Source: Candidatus Omnitrophota bacterium
Lineage (GTDB): Bacteria > Omnitrophota > Gorgyraeia > Zapsychrales > Fredricksoniimonadaceae
Direction: 5' to 3'
DNA length: 64,000 nt
NCBI GenBank assembly: GCA_903908245.1
Contig: CAIVRE010000018.1
Location: 66,876-130,875, forward strand
Part shown: positions 1-10,516 of the stretch, piece by piece
How the letters are laid out: each line of letters opens with the position of its first letter
How positions within the stretch are numbered: the first letter of the stretch is position 1
Made by a program: the position numbers and the translations under genes
Notes under the pieces: model-generated
Database searches by the model: none
Told to the model about the DNA's origin: nothing
The model's input: the letters and a program-made list of their open reading frames with translations, nothing else

Positions 1-1
1 G

Positions 2-106
2 GAGATCTGTTCCGCCTGCCATCCGTTCTTTACCGGCGACAAGAAGATCATCGATACCACCGGCCGCATTGAGCGCTTCCAGAAGCGTTATGCTAAAGGA
101 AAGTAA
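2..106 (+). CDS. rpmE: 50S ribosomal protein L31, 3' partial
   Basis: Frame-2 translation ...[29 protein letters not shown] matches the L31 C-terminus; the 5' end lies outside the window. Confidence 0.6.
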   Translation, partial: EICSACHPFFTGDKKIIDTTGRIERFQKRYAKGK

Positions 107-1166
107 TCTTCGCAAGCTCGGCGAGGCGAAGACGCGCCTTGCCGAGCTTCAGGAGAAACTGGCCGATGCGAATGTTATCGCCGACCAGGATGCCTACCAG
201 AAGCTTGCCAAAGAGTTTTCAGACATCAGCCCGGTTGTTGCAGATCATGCCGTTTATGAGAAGGTGGTGTCTCAAATGGCCGAAGCGCGCCATATCCTTG
301 ATGTCGAAAAAGATAAAGAACTGCGCGAAATGGCAGAGCATGAGCTTGCAGACCTTGATCGAAAAAGGAACGAGCTTGAATCCTCCATTAACGATCATTT
401 CAACCCTGAAAATAAAGAGAACGACCGTAATGTCATTATGGAGATCCGTGCCGGGACCGGCGGCCTGGAGGCCAGCCTGTTCGCGGGGGACCTTTTCCGG
501 ATGTACAGCCGGTATGCCGCTGTCCGTAAATGGAAGATAGAGCCCATCGATTTCAGTGAATCGGAGAACGGCGGAGTGAAGGAAGTCATTTTCAGTGTTT
601 CAGGCAAAAAGGTCTGGCAACGGTTGAAATGGGAAAGCGGGACGCACCGGGTTCAGCGCGTTCCGAGCACTGAAGCATCGGGCCGTATCCATACGTCCGC
701 GGCGACGGTAGCGGTGCTTTCAGAGCCGGAAGAGGTGGATCTTTTTATTGATCCCAGAGATCTCAAGGTCGATGTGTACCGTGCGTCAGGTCCGGGCGGA
801 CAGGGCGTTAATACGGCAGATTCCGCCATTCGCATTACTCACCTGCCAACGAATACGGTTGTTACCTGTCAGGATGAGCGTTCCCAGCTTAAGAACAAGA
901 TCAAGGGGATGCGCGTCCTGCGCGCCCGTTTGCTGGACCTTAAGCAGCAGGAAAAAGAGCAGAAGGAAGCCGCGACCCGCAAGGCGCAGGTCGGTTCCGG
1001 TGACCGCAGTGAGAAGATCCGTACATATAATTTCCCCGATCATCGGGTGACTGACCATCGTGTCGGGTTCACTTCGCATCAATTGCCGGCGGTGATGGAA
1101 GGCGACCTGGATGACCTTATTGAAGCGCTCCTAAAGGCCGAAGAAGATGCCCGGGATCAGCTGTAA
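90..1166 (+). CDS. prfA: peptide chain release factor 1
   Basis: Has the GGQ motif ([10 protein letters not shown]) and a PST tripeptide (RF1-type, not the SPF of RF2). The ORF track opens at a TTG at 69 that overlaps the rpmE end; ATG at 90 ([10 protein letters not shown]...) is the more plausible start. Confidence 0.9.
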   Translation: MLKESNLRKLGEAKTRLAELQEKLADANVIADQDAYQKLAKEFSDISPVVADHAVYEKVVSQMAEARHILDVEKDKELREMAEHELADLDRKRNELESSINDHFNPENKENDRNVIMEIRAGTGGLEASLFAGDLFRMYSRYAAVRKWKIEPIDFSESENGGVKEVIFSVSGKKVWQRLKWESGTHRVQRVPSTEASGRIHTSAATVAVLSEPEEVDLFIDPRDLKVDVYRASGPGGQGVNTADSAIRITHLPTNTVVTCQDERSQLKNKIKGMRVLRARLLDLKQQEKEQKEAATRKAQVGSGDRSEKIRTYNFPDHRVTDHRVGFTSHQLPAVMEGDLDDLIEALLKAEEDARDQL

Positions 1167-1200
1167 ATCCTGACTTTCCGTGTCAACTCACGGGAGTATT

Positions 1201-2007
1201 ATGACCGAAGATGAACTTTTTTTGACAGCCGTCCTTAATTGCAGCCGCAGCGAGCTTTTTACTCATCCTGTTACGCTTGATCACAAACAACAAGAGCTTT
1301 TGGGCACCATGCGCAGGCGCCGGTCTGCTGGTGAACCGGTGCAGTATATTTGCGGTTTTACCGAATTTATGGGTTATCGCATTGAGGTGGGGCCTGGCGT
1401 CCTTGTCCCGCGTCCCGAGACGGAAATCCTGGTTGATGCGGTCATTGAGGAATCGCGGAGGCATCAGGGGCAGGGACTTTCTGTTCTTGATATCGCCACA
1501 GGCTCCGGGTGTATCCCGATCGCATTAGTTCGCGGGATACCGGCATGTAAGGTGGCAGGTGTGGATATTTCCGGTGAGGCGTTAAGTTTTGCCCGTCGGA
1601 ATTCGGATATCAACGGGGTATCCGGCCGGATCGACTTCATCGAGAGGGATGTTTTCTGGTTCATGGATGAAACAAAGCATCATTTTGATATTGTCACTGC
1701 GAATCCGCCATATATCCCGTCCGCCATGATCCCTGAATTGCCCGAGGATGTCCGTCGGGAACCAGCCCTGGCGCTTGACGGCGGGGCGGACGGGCTGCAT
1801 TTTTACCGTTATATTGTTCCGGGAGCTTTAAGGCTTCTCAAGAGCGGAGGCCTGTTGGCATTGGAGTTTGGCGACGGACAGCGTAAAGACTTGGAAAACC
1901 TCTTTGCCATTACGGGCGGGTGGGATAAAATACGCTTTATCAAAGATAATGCGGGCCGTGACCGTGTGGTCCTGGCGTATAAACATACCAATCAATATTT
2001 TAAATAG
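1201..2007 (+). CDS. prmC: release factor glutamine N5-methyltransferase PrmC/HemK
   Basis: Has the NPPY motif (IVTANPPYIP) and a SAM-binding motif (LDIATGSGCI); classic position after prfA. ATG at 1201; the track starts at GTG 1180. Confidence 0.85.
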   Translation: MTEDELFLTAVLNCSRSELFTHPVTLDHKQQELLGTMRRRRSAGEPVQYICGFTEFMGYRIEVGPGVLVPRPETEILVDAVIEESRRHQGQGLSVLDIATGSGCIPIALVRGIPACKVAGVDISGEALSFARRNSDINGVSGRIDFIERDVFWFMDETKHHFDIVTANPPYIPSAMIPELPEDVRREPALALDGGADGLHFYRYIVPGALRLLKSGGLLALEFGDGQRKDLENLFAITGGWDKIRFIKDNAGRDRVVLAYKHTNQYFK

Positions 2008-2016
2008 AAAATACCT

Positions 2017-3279
2017 ATGGATAAAATTATTATTGAGGGTGGAAAGCCTTTAAAAGGGGAAGTCAGTATATCGGGGTCGAAGAATGCCACGCTGCCGGTG
2101 CTGGCGGCCGCGCTCTTGACCGATGAGACGTGTATTTTTCGCAATGTCCCCAGGCTTAGCGATACCAATACCATGATCAAGCTGTTAAAGTCGTTGGGGA
2201 AAGATGTCGAGTGGGATAAAGATAAACTGATCATCATGTCGAACGGTAAAATGAATCCCGTCGCGGATTATAAACTTGTTTCGACGATGCGCGGGTCCAT
2301 TTGCGTGCTGGGGCCGCTCTTGACCAAGCTGGGGGAGGCCAAGGTTTCGCTTCCGGGCGGTTGTGTTATCGGCGTTCGTCCGGTCGACCTTCATATCAAG
2401 GGGATCGAAGCATTGGGGGCTAAAGTTGATATTGATGCCGGATATATCATCGCCAGGGCCAAACGCTTGAAGGGCACCCGTGTTTATCTGGGGGGAGCTT
2501 CCGGCCCGTCGGTCCTGGGGACCGCGAATATCATGATGGCGGCTACACTGGCTGAGGGCGAGACCACGATCGAATGCGCCGCTTGTGAACCTGAAGTCGA
2601 GGAGCTGGCCAATTTTCTTAATGAAATGGGCGCGCGTATCAGGGGGCAGGGCGGTCCGCGCATTGTCATTCAGGGCGTCAGGAAACTTCACGGCGCGGAT
2701 TATAAAATGTCAGCCGACCGCATTGAGGCCGGCACATTTGTCTTGTTGGCTGGAATGACCAAAAGCGATATTGTTATCCGTGATTTTGATTATCATCAAC
2801 TGACCGCTTTGGAGGATGTTCTGACCAAGGTGGGCGTTCAGGTTTCAGTGGACAAGAACAGTGTCCGCGTTAAGGCGCCAAAAGTTTTAAGGCCGGTGAG
2901 CGTTACCACCTATCCTTATCCGGGTTTTCCGACGGACATTCAGGCACAGTATATGGCCATGATGTCGCTTGCCAACGGGGTCAGTGTTGTGCGCGATACG
3001 GTCTTCCCGGATCGTTTTATGCATATTGCCGAACTTAATCGTATGGGCGCGCATATCCGCCGTGAGGGCGGCAGCGCGATCATTGAAGGCGTAAAAAGCC
3101 TTTGCGGCGCACCCGTGGTAGCGTCCGATCTGCGCGCGTCGGCGGCGCTGGTGATGGCCGGGCTGGTCGCCCGAGGGTGTACCGAGATTCGCCGTGTGTA
3201 TCATCTGGACCGCGGTTATGAGAATATCGACAAGAAACTGATCGCGCTGGGCGCGAGTATCAAGAGAGAAAAAGAATGA
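2017..3279 (+). CDS. murA: UDP-N-acetylglucosamine 1-carboxyvinyltransferase
   Basis: N-terminus [24 protein letters not shown] and active-site loop [13 protein letters not shown] with the Cys are typical MurA; 420 aa. Confidence 0.9.
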   Translation: MDKIIIEGGKPLKGEVSISGSKNATLPVLAAALLTDETCIFRNVPRLSDTNTMIKLLKSLGKDVEWDKDKLIIMSNGKMNPVADYKLVSTMRGSICVLGPLLTKLGEAKVSLPGGCVIGVRPVDLHIKGIEALGAKVDIDAGYIIARAKRLKGTRVYLGGASGPSVLGTANIMMAATLAEGETTIECAACEPEVEELANFLNEMGARIRGQGGPRIVIQGVRKLHGADYKMSADRIEAGTFVLLAGMTKSDIVIRDFDYHQLTALEDVLTKVGVQVSVDKNSVRVKAPKVLRPVSVTTYPYPGFPTDIQAQYMAMMSLANGVSVVRDTVFPDRFMHIAELNRMGAHIRREGGSAIIEGVKSLCGAPVVASDLRASAALVMAGLVARGCTEIRRVYHLDRGYENIDKKLIALGASIKREKE

Positions 3280-3848
3280 TCCTGATGATCGATAATTATG
3301 ATTCGTTCACCTATAACCTTGTCCAGTATTTTGGCGAGCTTGGAGAGCAGGTGAAAGTGTATCGTAATGACAAGATCACGCTTGACGAGATCACAGCTCT
3401 CGGGCCTGAGCGGATCGTGGTTTCTCCCGGTCCGAGCAATCCGGAAAACGCGGGAATTTCGGTCCCGTTGATCAAATATTTTGCCGGCAAGATCCCCATT
3501 CTGGGTGTTTGCCTGGGGCATCAGTCGATCGGGCATGCTTTTGGCGGACGGATTGTCGGGGCGAAGAAACTGATGCACGGCAAGGTATCGAGGATCATGC
3601 ATCACAATTCAGATGTTTTTCAAGGGATGCCCCGCCCTTTTGAGGCGACCCGTTATCATTCTCTGGTTATTGAAGAAAATTCTTTTCCGGAGTGTCTGGA
3701 GATCACCGCCCGTTCCGAGGATGACAACGAGATCATGGGGATCCGCCATAAAACATTGCCTTTGTGGGGCGTTCAGTTCCATCCCGAGTCGATCCTTACC
3801 CGCGGCGGCATTAATATCCTTAGAAATTTCCTTACCCTTCAGGGTTGA
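3276..3848 (+). CDS. trpG: anthranilate/aminodeoxychorismate synthase glutamine amidotransferase component II
   Basis: [18 protein letters not shown], the GVCLGHQ catalytic Cys and HPES are the class-I GATase signature; sits upstream of trpD. Confidence 0.85.
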   Translation: MILMIDNYDSFTYNLVQYFGELGEQVKVYRNDKITLDEITALGPERIVVSPGPSNPENAGISVPLIKYFAGKIPILGVCLGHQSIGHAFGGRIVGAKKLMHGKVSRIMHHNSDVFQGMPRPFEATRYHSLVIEENSFPECLEITARSEDDNEIMGIRHKTLPLWGVQFHPESILTRGGINILRNFLTLQG

Positions 3849-3851
3849 GTT

Positions 3852-4862
3852 ATGCGTGAATTTATTGACAAGATCAGCAATCATCACAATCTCAGCCGCG
3901 GGGACATGCATGATGTGATGGTCGAGATCATGTCTGGGCGCGCGAACGAGATCGATATCCGCGATTTTCTGCTGGCCATGAATTCCAAAGGGCCGACGGT
4001 GGAGGAGATCACGGGGGCCGCACAGGTCATGCGCAAGTTCGTCCTTCCTGTCGAAAGCAACCGCAAGGTCATCCTTGACACCTGCGGCACCGGAGGCGAC
4101 GGGAAGCAGACATTCAATATTTCAACGGCCGTGGCTTTTGTCGTGGCGGGGGCCGGGGTGGGCGTGGCCAAGCATGGCAACCGGTCGGTATCGAGCCTCT
4201 GCGGGAGCGCGGATGTGCTTGAAGCGTTAGGGGTCAATATTGAAATGCCCCATGAGCAGCTTTCGGCCTGCCTTAAGAAGGTCGGCCTTGTTTTTCTTTT
4301 TGCCCAGCGTCATCATCCGGCCATGAAACATGTGGCGGCGGTCCGCAAGAGCATCGGGGGCAAGACTATTTTTAATATCCTTGGGCCTCTGACCAATCCT
4401 GCCCATGCGGACCATCAGATGATGGGTGTGTATAGCAAGCATTTAACCGAACAGCTGGTCCATGTGCTCAAGAACCTGGGGACGAAAAGAGCGCTCGTCG
4501 TCCACGGTGCAGATGGGCTTGATGAGATCACAACTACCGATAAAACATTTATCAGTGAGTTTGACGGGGTAAATATCCGTTCTTATGAAATAGTCCCCGA
4601 GGAATTCGGGCTCAAACGCGCCCCTGATGACACCCTTAAAGGGGGGGACAAGGATATGAACGCCCGCATTATCCGTGAGGTGCTGCAAGGTGCGTATGGC
4701 CCTGCGCGCACCATTGTGCAGTTGAACGCGGCCTTTGCCTTGTACGCGGCCGGAGCCGTTCCATCGCCGGAAGAGGGGATGGTCGTGGCGGCCAAGTCGC
4801 TTAACCAGGGCGATGCGTTTGAAGTGCTGGAAAACCTCATCGAGTTCACGCACCGTGCCTAA
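3852..4862 (+). CDS. trpD: anthranilate phosphoribosyltransferase
   Basis: DTCGTGGDG motif; 336 aa; typical TrpD. Confidence 0.9.
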   Translation: MREFIDKISNHHNLSRGDMHDVMVEIMSGRANEIDIRDFLLAMNSKGPTVEEITGAAQVMRKFVLPVESNRKVILDTCGTGGDGKQTFNISTAVAFVVAGAGVGVAKHGNRSVSSLCGSADVLEALGVNIEMPHEQLSACLKKVGLVFLFAQRHHPAMKHVAAVRKSIGGKTIFNILGPLTNPAHADHQMMGVYSKHLTEQLVHVLKNLGTKRALVVHGADGLDEITTTDKTFISEFDGVNIRSYEIVPEEFGLKRAPDDTLKGGDKDMNARIIREVLQGAYGPARTIVQLNAAFALYAAGAVPSPEEGMVVAAKSLNQGDAFEVLENLIEFTHRA

Positions 4863-5640
4863 CGATTTTCTTGAGAAGATCATTCAAAAAAAGACAGGGC
4901 TGATCGACCGGCGCCGGGAGTATTATGTCAGGATCAGGGAGAACCTTGAGAGGTCGAGTTATTCCAGGTATTCGGTCTTCAAGAAAGCCATTGCAAAACC
5001 CGGCGGTATCAATCTGATCGCCGAGATCAAGAAAGCGTCACCTTCCAAAGGGGTCATCCGTGAGGATTTTGATGTCGGAAGCCTGGCAACGGCGTACCAG
5101 CAGAGCGGTGCGTCGGCGTTCTCTATCCTTACCGAGGAAGACTTTTTTTTAGGAAAGACGGCGTACCTTAAGCAGGTGAGCGACGAATTTCAGATCCCGT
5201 CGCTCATGAAAGATTTCATTATTGATGAATTGCAGCTTTTTGAGGCCCGTTTGTGCGGTGCGTCGGCGGTGCTGTTGATCGTAGCTATTCTTGATGATGC
5301 GAAACTAAAGAATTTACTGGCCAAGGCGCATTCGCTTGACCTGGACTGCCTCGTTGAAGTCCATGACGAAAAAGAGCTGGATCGTGCTGTAACGGCGGGG
5401 GCGGAGATCATCGGGATCAATAACCGGGACCTGCGGACGTTTGAAGTGAGTTTAAGCGTGGCCGAAGGGCTTATTCCACGGATCCCGAAAGACCGGGTTG
5501 TAGTGGCCGAGAGTGGTATTTCGACCCATGCGCAGGTGATGCGGTTAAGGGACCTTGGCGCCAATGCGGTGTTGATCGGAGAAACTTTCATGCGGGAGCG
5601 CGATGTGGCCCGTAAAGTCAAAGCAGTGATGGGGTGGTAG
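4855..5640 (+). CDS. trpC: indole-3-glycerol phosphate synthase
   Basis: Sequence from ...NDFLEKIIQKKTGLIDRRRE onward is IGPS-like. The track ORF (4735) overlaps trpD; the likely start is GTG at 4855, which overlaps the trpD stop. Confidence 0.8.
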   Translation: MPNDFLEKIIQKKTGLIDRRREYYVRIRENLERSSYSRYSVFKKAIAKPGGINLIAEIKKASPSKGVIREDFDVGSLATAYQQSGASAFSILTEEDFFLGKTAYLKQVSDEFQIPSLMKDFIIDELQLFEARLCGASAVLLIVAILDDAKLKNLLAKAHSLDLDCLVEVHDEKELDRAVTAGAEIIGINNRDLRTFEVSLSVAEGLIPRIPKDRVVVAESGISTHAQVMRLRDLGANAVLIGETFMRERDVARKVKAVMGW

Positions 5641-5679
5641 GGCGGCCACAGGGGCCCGCCCGTGTGCAATGGAGGCAAT

Positions 5680-6297
5680 ATGGTTCGTGTAAAAATTTGT
5701 GGCATTACCCGGATGGAAGATGCGATGGCTGCCGTCAAGGCAGGGGCAGATGCGTTGGGGTTTGTTTTTTATCGTAAAAGCTCAAGGTATATCTCGGCGT
5801 CCAAGGCTCTCAAGATCCTGGAGGCATTGCCGCCGTTTGTGAGCAAGGTCGGCGTTTTCGTCAATGAGCGGACAGGCGCTATCCGGGATATTGCCGGATT
5901 TTGTTCGCTGGATGCTGTTCAGCTTCACGGGGAAGAAGATAATCATTTTTGTCATCGTCTGAAAAGGTACGGGCTCAAGATCATCAAGGGGTTTCGGGTC
6001 AAAGAGGATTTTAATATTTCGCAGGTAGGGTCGTACCGGGTGGACGGGCATTTGTTTGATGCGCATACCGAAGGGCAGTACGGTGGCAGCGGAAAGGTTT
6101 TCGCCTGGGAGATCATTAAAGACCTTCATACGCCGGTACCGCGGATCATTTCCGGAGGGCTAACGGTGGACAATGTTTCCGAGGCGATCCTTATGCTTAA
6201 ACCGTTCGCCGTGGATGTGTCGAGCGGGGTGGAATCAAGCCCGGGCGTCAAGGACCATAAAAAAATGGCCGAGTTCATCCGTCGGGCCAAAGCCTGA
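5680..6297 (+). CDS. trpF: phosphoribosylanthranilate isomerase
   Basis: MVRVKICGITRMEDAMAAVKAGADALGFVF is the PRAI N-terminus; ATG at 5680 lies inside track ORF 5662. Confidence 0.85.
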   Translation: MVRVKICGITRMEDAMAAVKAGADALGFVFYRKSSRYISASKALKILEALPPFVSKVGVFVNERTGAIRDIAGFCSLDAVQLHGEEDNHFCHRLKRYGLKIIKGFRVKEDFNISQVGSYRVDGHLFDAHTEGQYGGSGKVFAWEIIKDLHTPVPRIISGGLTVDNVSEAILMLKPFAVDVSSGVESSPGVKDHKKMAEFIRRAKA

Positions 6298-6373
6298 GGC
6301 GGTCGTTCTTTTTTTCGGGTATTTTCTTTTCTCCGTCGGAGGAAAGCGTTTTCCTGCTTTTTGACACGAGGCA

Positions 6374-6408
6374 TTGTTTTTGATCCTTCGGAGTGGTATA
6401 TTTTCAAT
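6374..6408 (+). promoter_or_regulatory. putative sigma70-type promoter (TTGTTT-N17-TATATT) driving the riboswitch leader
   Basis: Hexamers read by eye; the transcript would start at about the aptamer 5' end. Confidence 0.3.
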
Positions 6409-6411
6409 GGA

Positions 6412-6500
6412 GCCGATAAAGGTAAACCCGGCGAAAGCCGGGGGCGCAAAGCGACAGACCTAAATCGTCCCGGTGTACCCTTTGTGTGGCCCGTTTGCCT
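6412..6500 (+). ncRNA. probable c-di-GMP-I (GEMM) riboswitch aptamer
   Basis: GGUAAACC-CGGC-GAAA-GCCGG-GGGCGCAAAGCG-ACAGACCUAAAUC...GUUUGCC matches the GEMM consensus GGCAAACC-stem/GAAA/stem-GGACGCAAAGCC-...CCUAAACC, with a P1 closing helix GGUAAAC/GUUUGCC. A hairpin plus U-tract follows at 6641-6674. Confidence 0.55.
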
Positions 6501-6640
6501 TCGTGGCGTTGGGCCCGGCCCTCTTGGGCGCTTGTTTGGGGTTGTTTCTCCGGGTGACACGGTGGCTGCGTTGCCGAAGAGCGAGTAGGGGTCCCCCGTT
6601 CCCCACTTTATCGGTCCCTTGTTATAATACCTATTCATTT

Positions 6641-6674
6641 GGCCCCCTGTTGTTTCGGGGGCCGTTTTATTTTG
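6641..6674 (+). terminator. intrinsic terminator-like hairpin (GGCCCCC-N9-GGGGGCC + UUUUAUUUU), possible riboswitch expression platform
   Basis: GC stem followed by a T-run. Confidence 0.45.
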
Positions 6675-6698
6675 TGTTGTGCCGGGGGCTGAATGTTT

Positions 6699-6796
6699 CG
6701 GGCTTCAGCATTCACGCCAATGCTAGGAAGTCTCGTCCTTATCTTATAAAGTGGAAGGCCGAGCCTTCAATCGCATTGGCATGAATGCTTCCGCCC
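6699..6796 (+). repeat. ~98 nt structured intergenic repeat, copy 1 of 2
   Basis: About 90% identical to 17096-17193. A 16-bp outer stem (GCATTCACGCCAATGC / GCATTGGCATGAATGC) flanks a conserved ~50 nt core (GGAAGTCTCGTCCTTATCTTATAAAGTGGAAGGCCGAG). Confidence 0.7.
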
Positions 6797-6852
6797 TTAA
6801 TAAATGGCTTCGTTATCCTGAACCCGAAGGGTGAGGGATCGCAGAATATATT

Positions 6853-7128
6853 ATGTCAAACGATCTAATTAACTGGCTTTCTGCCAAACAGAATGAATGG
6901 GAATCCAGGTGCCGCAACTGCGGCGCGTGCTGCGGCGCTTTTGAGGATCCTTGTGTGCATCTGCATTTTGGCGAGAAGGGGAAAAGTTCTTGCCTTGTTT
7001 ATGAAACACGCCTCGGGCCGCAAAAGACTGTTTCCGGCCAGTCGTTTAATTGTGTAAATATCCGTGAAAAATTTGGTCAGTTCTGGCCTGGGGGTCAGTC
7101 CTGCGCTTATAAAATCGGGGTGCGTTAG
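6853..7128 (+). CDS. YkgJ/UPF0153-family cysteine-cluster (CxxCxxCC) protein
   Basis: CRNCGACCGAF motif; 91 aa. Confidence 0.5.
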   Translation: MSNDLINWLSAKQNEWESRCRNCGACCGAFEDPCVHLHFGEKGKSSCLVYETRLGPQKTVSGQSFNCVNIREKFGQFWPGGQSCAYKIGVR

Positions 7129-7188
7129 GTTTTTCTCACCGGTTTTCTTTTGCCACCTCAAATGCCCTTGTGTTATAATGCCCGCCTT

Positions 7189-7491
7189 ATGTCGAAACAT
7201 TTAATCCGTTTGTACCATAATCTGGAATTTGACGAGATCAAACAGCATACGCTGGAGTACGGGACCCTTTCCGGGATCTGTTCGAAATGCAAGGAGCTCA
7301 GCGTCAAGATCGACATGACCTCCTGTCCCAAATGCGGGACGCAGTTCAAGTATATCGCTATACAGAATGTAAGGGAGCACCTGCCTAAAATGATCCGTAT
7401 CATGGGAGAGCGTCAGGGGGTTTATTTTATCGATCATCAGGATTTCAAACGTATTGAAGGCGAGCAGAAAGCCCGCAGCCTTTTAGGATAG
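7189..7491 (+). CDS. hypothetical zinc-ribbon protein
   Basis: CSKC...CPKC pairs; ATG at 7189 lies inside track ORF 7150. Confidence 0.4.
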   Translation: MSKHLIRLYHNLEFDEIKQHTLEYGTLSGICSKCKELSVKIDMTSCPKCGTQFKYIAIQNVREHLPKMIRIMGERQGVYFIDHQDFKRIEGEQKARSLLG

Positions 7492-7498
7492 GAGCTTT

Positions 7499-8641
7499 AT
7501 GGTCAACAAAGATCGTCTGATCAAACTTACTCAAAAAGCATTGTCCATCGATTCACAGAATCCGCCGGGGAATGAGAAGGCCATTGGTGATTTTATTGTT
7601 AAGGATATGAAGTCGCTGGGGCTTGAGGTCAAGGTTGTTTCCTATAAGAAGGACCGTCCGAATGTTATCGCGACCATTAAAGGGTCTTTGCCCCGTTCCA
7701 AAGCGGCGGCAGAGGCTCTTCTTTTGACGCCGCATACCGATGTTGTCCCTATAGGCAAGGGATGGAAGTTCGATCCGCTGGGCAAGGATATCAAAGGCGG
7801 GAAGATCTATGGCCGGGGTGCGTCTGACGATAAGGGTAATCTGGCATGCGTGATGGAGGCCCTGCGTTCGCTGGTTGAGGGCGGATATCGTCCGCGCAAG
7901 GACATTGTTCTGGCGGCCACCGCGGATGAAGAGACCGGCAGTCATTGGGGGATCAAGCCGCTTCTGCAGAAGGGTGTTCTGCGTCCGAAGCTGGCGCTTG
8001 TCCTGGATTCGGTGGATTTTGATACGGTGATCGCCCAGAAGGGGTTGTTCCATTCGCGCATCCGTGTTTACGGCAAGAAGGCGCATGGCGCGACGAACTG
8101 GCGCGGGGTCAACGCGATCGAGCAGGCAGCGCAGATCATCAGGAGGCTCAAGAAGCATGAGTTCAAGTTCAAGAAGCATGAACTTCTTAATCATCCTACG
8201 GTGAATATTGGAACGATCAAAGGCGGCGACAAGGTGAACATGGTCGCGGATTTCTGCGAGTTCTCGGTGGACTTGCGTTATATGCCCGGCATGGACCCTA
8301 AAAAGATCATTGCCGTTGTCAAGGGCATTGCGGCTACCGTAACAAGCAATTTTGAATTGGAAACCGATGATCTTCAGTTGCCGTATGAAATTAAAGCGAA
8401 TGACAGGTATGTAAAGGCGTTCATTGCCGCTTCCAGGAAAGTCGGGGCACAGCCGCGGCTTAAAGGGTCGGACGGGGCTACGGTCATTTCGTTCTTTCAG
8501 CACTACAATATCGCGGCTTTTGCGACCGGGTTCGGCAAGAGCGGAACGCTTCATGCCGATGATGAATACGCCGAGATCAAAACCCTTTATGATGGAGCAA
8601 GGGTTTTGGAGGAGTTTGTTAAAGATTATGACAAGATTTAA
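7499..8641 (+). CDS. M20-family metallopeptidase (ArgE/DapE-like deacylase)
   Basis: HTDVVP...GRGASDDKG motif set of the M20 family; 380 aa. Confidence 0.75.
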   Translation: MVNKDRLIKLTQKALSIDSQNPPGNEKAIGDFIVKDMKSLGLEVKVVSYKKDRPNVIATIKGSLPRSKAAAEALLLTPHTDVVPIGKGWKFDPLGKDIKGGKIYGRGASDDKGNLACVMEALRSLVEGGYRPRKDIVLAATADEETGSHWGIKPLLQKGVLRPKLALVLDSVDFDTVIAQKGLFHSRIRVYGKKAHGATNWRGVNAIEQAAQIIRRLKKHEFKFKKHELLNHPTVNIGTIKGGDKVNMVADFCEFSVDLRYMPGMDPKKIIAVVKGIAATVTSNFELETDDLQLPYEIKANDRYVKAFIAASRKVGAQPRLKGSDGATVISFFQHYNIAAFATGFGKSGTLHADDEYAEIKTLYDGARVLEEFVKDYDKI

Positions 8642-9335
8642 CGCAGCTTTCTTTGTTTTAATATTGGCCATTGGCTTATGGACTGCGCCGGTCTTTGCCG
8701 GGGAGCTTCCATTTGTTCCGGGGGAGAAGATCCATTATTCTGTTAAACAGGGGATGTTCAAGGCGGGTAACGCTGTCCTGGAATTCAAAGGCGATGCTTA
8801 TCTGGAAGGGAAAAAGTATACTTTGATCACGTTCCTGGCCAAGGGGTTTAATTTCTATGATGAAGAGCGTATTTACGCTGATCCTGTCACTTTGCTCCCG
8901 CAGAAAGTTATGCGGGACCTGAATATTTTTGGGAATAAAGAAAATATTATGGAAGAGTATTCTTTTAAGGACAGCTTTATCCGGATCACTAAAGTTGCCG
9001 GTGGCAAGACGACGATCCAGGATATCAGCATTACAAATTCGAGTGCGACCGACAACATCTATACTTTTTTGTATCGCACGCGTTTGCAGGAAGAGATCAA
9101 GGTAGGGAAGGTCGTTGACCTGCAGCTTCCGACATTAACACTGAAATTCCAGGGAGTACAGCAGGTCAGTTTTAATGCCTTGGGGAAAAAATATCAGTCG
9201 GTCATGTTCAGGAGCGTGCCTGCGAAATACACGCTTTGGTTCGATCCCGGTCCGCAAAAGCTGCCGTTGCGTATTTCAGGAGCTCTCGGGATCTCCAATA
9301 CGGTGATGGTCATAACAGGGTATGAGCCCAAATGA
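8628..9335 (+). CDS. hypothetical secreted protein (DUF3108-like)
   Basis: ATG at 8628 gives a signal-peptide-like N-terminus ([24 protein letters not shown]). The track ORF extends upstream into the M20 gene. Confidence 0.45.
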   Translation: MTRFNAAFFVLILAIGLWTAPVFAGELPFVPGEKIHYSVKQGMFKAGNAVLEFKGDAYLEGKKYTLITFLAKGFNFYDEERIYADPVTLLPQKVMRDLNIFGNKENIMEEYSFKDSFIRITKVAGGKTTIQDISITNSSATDNIYTFLYRTRLQEEIKVGKVVDLQLPTLTLKFQGVQQVSFNALGKKYQSVMFRSVPAKYTLWFDPGPQKLPLRISGALGISNTVMVITGYEPK

Positions 9336-10516
9336 GAATGCCTGACGTGAATGGACATTTTGGAGAGTTCGGCGGTCGTTATGTGCCCGAGACATTGATG
9401 GCTCTTCTGCTGGACCTTGAAAAAGACTTTTCCCTCTGCTGGAAAGACCCGTCGTTTAGAAAGGAATTCCGTTTTTATCTTGAGGAGTATGCCGGCCGTC
9501 CGACCAGGCTCTATTATGCCGAGCGGCTGAGCCGGCAGCTTAAAACCCTTAAGGTTTATTTGAAGCGTGAAGACCTTCTTCATACCGGAGCGCATAAAGT
9601 TAATAATACGCTGGGCCAGATCCTGGTGGCCCGCCGGATGGGCAAGAAAAGGATCATTGCCGAGACCGGTGCCGGCCAGCATGGGGTGGCGACTGCTACG
9701 GTTTGTGCGTTGTTTGGCCTGAAGTGCGTTGTTTATATGGGGTCCGAGGATGTCAAGCGTCAGGCGCTCAATGTGGTCCGCATGAAGTTGATGGGGGCTG
9801 ACGTTGTTCCTGTCGAGAGCGGCTCAAAGACGCTCAAAGATGCCATGAATGAAGCTATCCGTGATTGGGTCACCAATGTGCGTGATACGTATTATCTGAT
9901 CGGCACAGTGGCGGGCCCGCATCCATATCCTTATATGGTGCGTGAATTCCAGTCGGTCATAGGCATTGAAGCCCGCAAACAATTCTTGCAGAAAGAAAAG
10001 AAGCTTCCCGATTATCTGGTCGCTTGTGTCGGCGGAGGGTCGAACGCGATGGGGCTTTTTTATCCATTCCATCAGGATAAGAAAGTCCATATTATCGGAG
10101 TGGAGGCGGCAGGGCATGGATTGCACTCGGGCGCGCATTCGGCCGCTATCACGGCGGGTAGCCCGGGGGTTTTGCATGGATGTAAAAGCGCACTCCTGCA
10201 AGATGAGAATGGTCAGGTGTCTATTGCTCATTCGGTCGCCGCAGGCCTGGATTATCCGGGAGTCGGGCCGGAACATGCGTATTTTAATGATACTGGTATC
10301 GCGGAATATGTGGGCGTAACTGATGTTGAAGCGATCGAGGCCCTTAAGGTCCTTTCCCGGACGGAAGGGATCATTCCGGCGCTGGAATCCGCCCATGCTA
10401 TTGCGTATTTGCCTAAATTGGCGCGTAAAGTTAAGGGGAAAAAGACGGTTATTCTTTGTCTTTCCGGCCGGGGGGATAAGGATATGGGGACTATTTCAGA
10501 GGTCCTTGGGGCATGA
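9332..10516 (+). CDS. trpB: tryptophan synthase beta chain
   Basis: [10 protein letters not shown]...HTGAHKVNN plus the PLP-enzyme motifs; 394 aa. Confidence 0.9.
   Translation: MRMPDVNGHFGEFGGRYVPETLMALLLDLEKDFSLCWKDPSFRKEFRFYLEEYAGRPTRLYYAERLSRQLKTLKVYLKREDLLHTGAHKVNNTLGQILVARRMGKKRIIAETGAGQHGVATATVCALFGLKCVVYMGSEDVKRQALNVVRMKLMGADVVPVESGSKTLKDAMNEAIRDWVTNVRDTYYLIGTVAGPHPYPYMVREFQSVIGIEARKQFLQKEKKLPDYLVACVGGGSNAMGLFYPFHQDKKVHIIGVEAAGHGLHSGAHSAAITAGSPGVLHGCKSALLQDENGQVSIAHSVAAGLDYPGVGPEHAYFNDTGIAEYVGVTDVEAIEALKVLSRTEGIIPALESAHAIAYLPKLARKVKGKKTVILCLSGRGDKDMGTISEVLGA

Noticed and set aside
139-540. 133-aa plus-strand ORF inside prfA in an alternative frame
   Set aside because: It overlaps the strongly supported RF1 coding frame and is Arg/Ser/Pro-rich frame-shift noise.
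6300-6700. Considered tmRNA, RNase P RNA, SRP RNA or 6S RNA for the structured GC-rich trpF-downstream region
   Set aside because: None of the hallmark motifs is present: no GGAAAGUCCGG P4 for RNase P, no tRNA-like GGUUCGAUUCC 3' end or tag ORF for tmRNA, and no GGAAGCAG domain IV for SRP. The GEMM motifs fit instead.
7553-8671. 372-aa ORF on the minus strand
   Set aside because: It lies entirely antisense to the well-supported M20 peptidase gene, has Arg/Leu-rich low-complexity composition typical of antisense translation, and shows no motifs.
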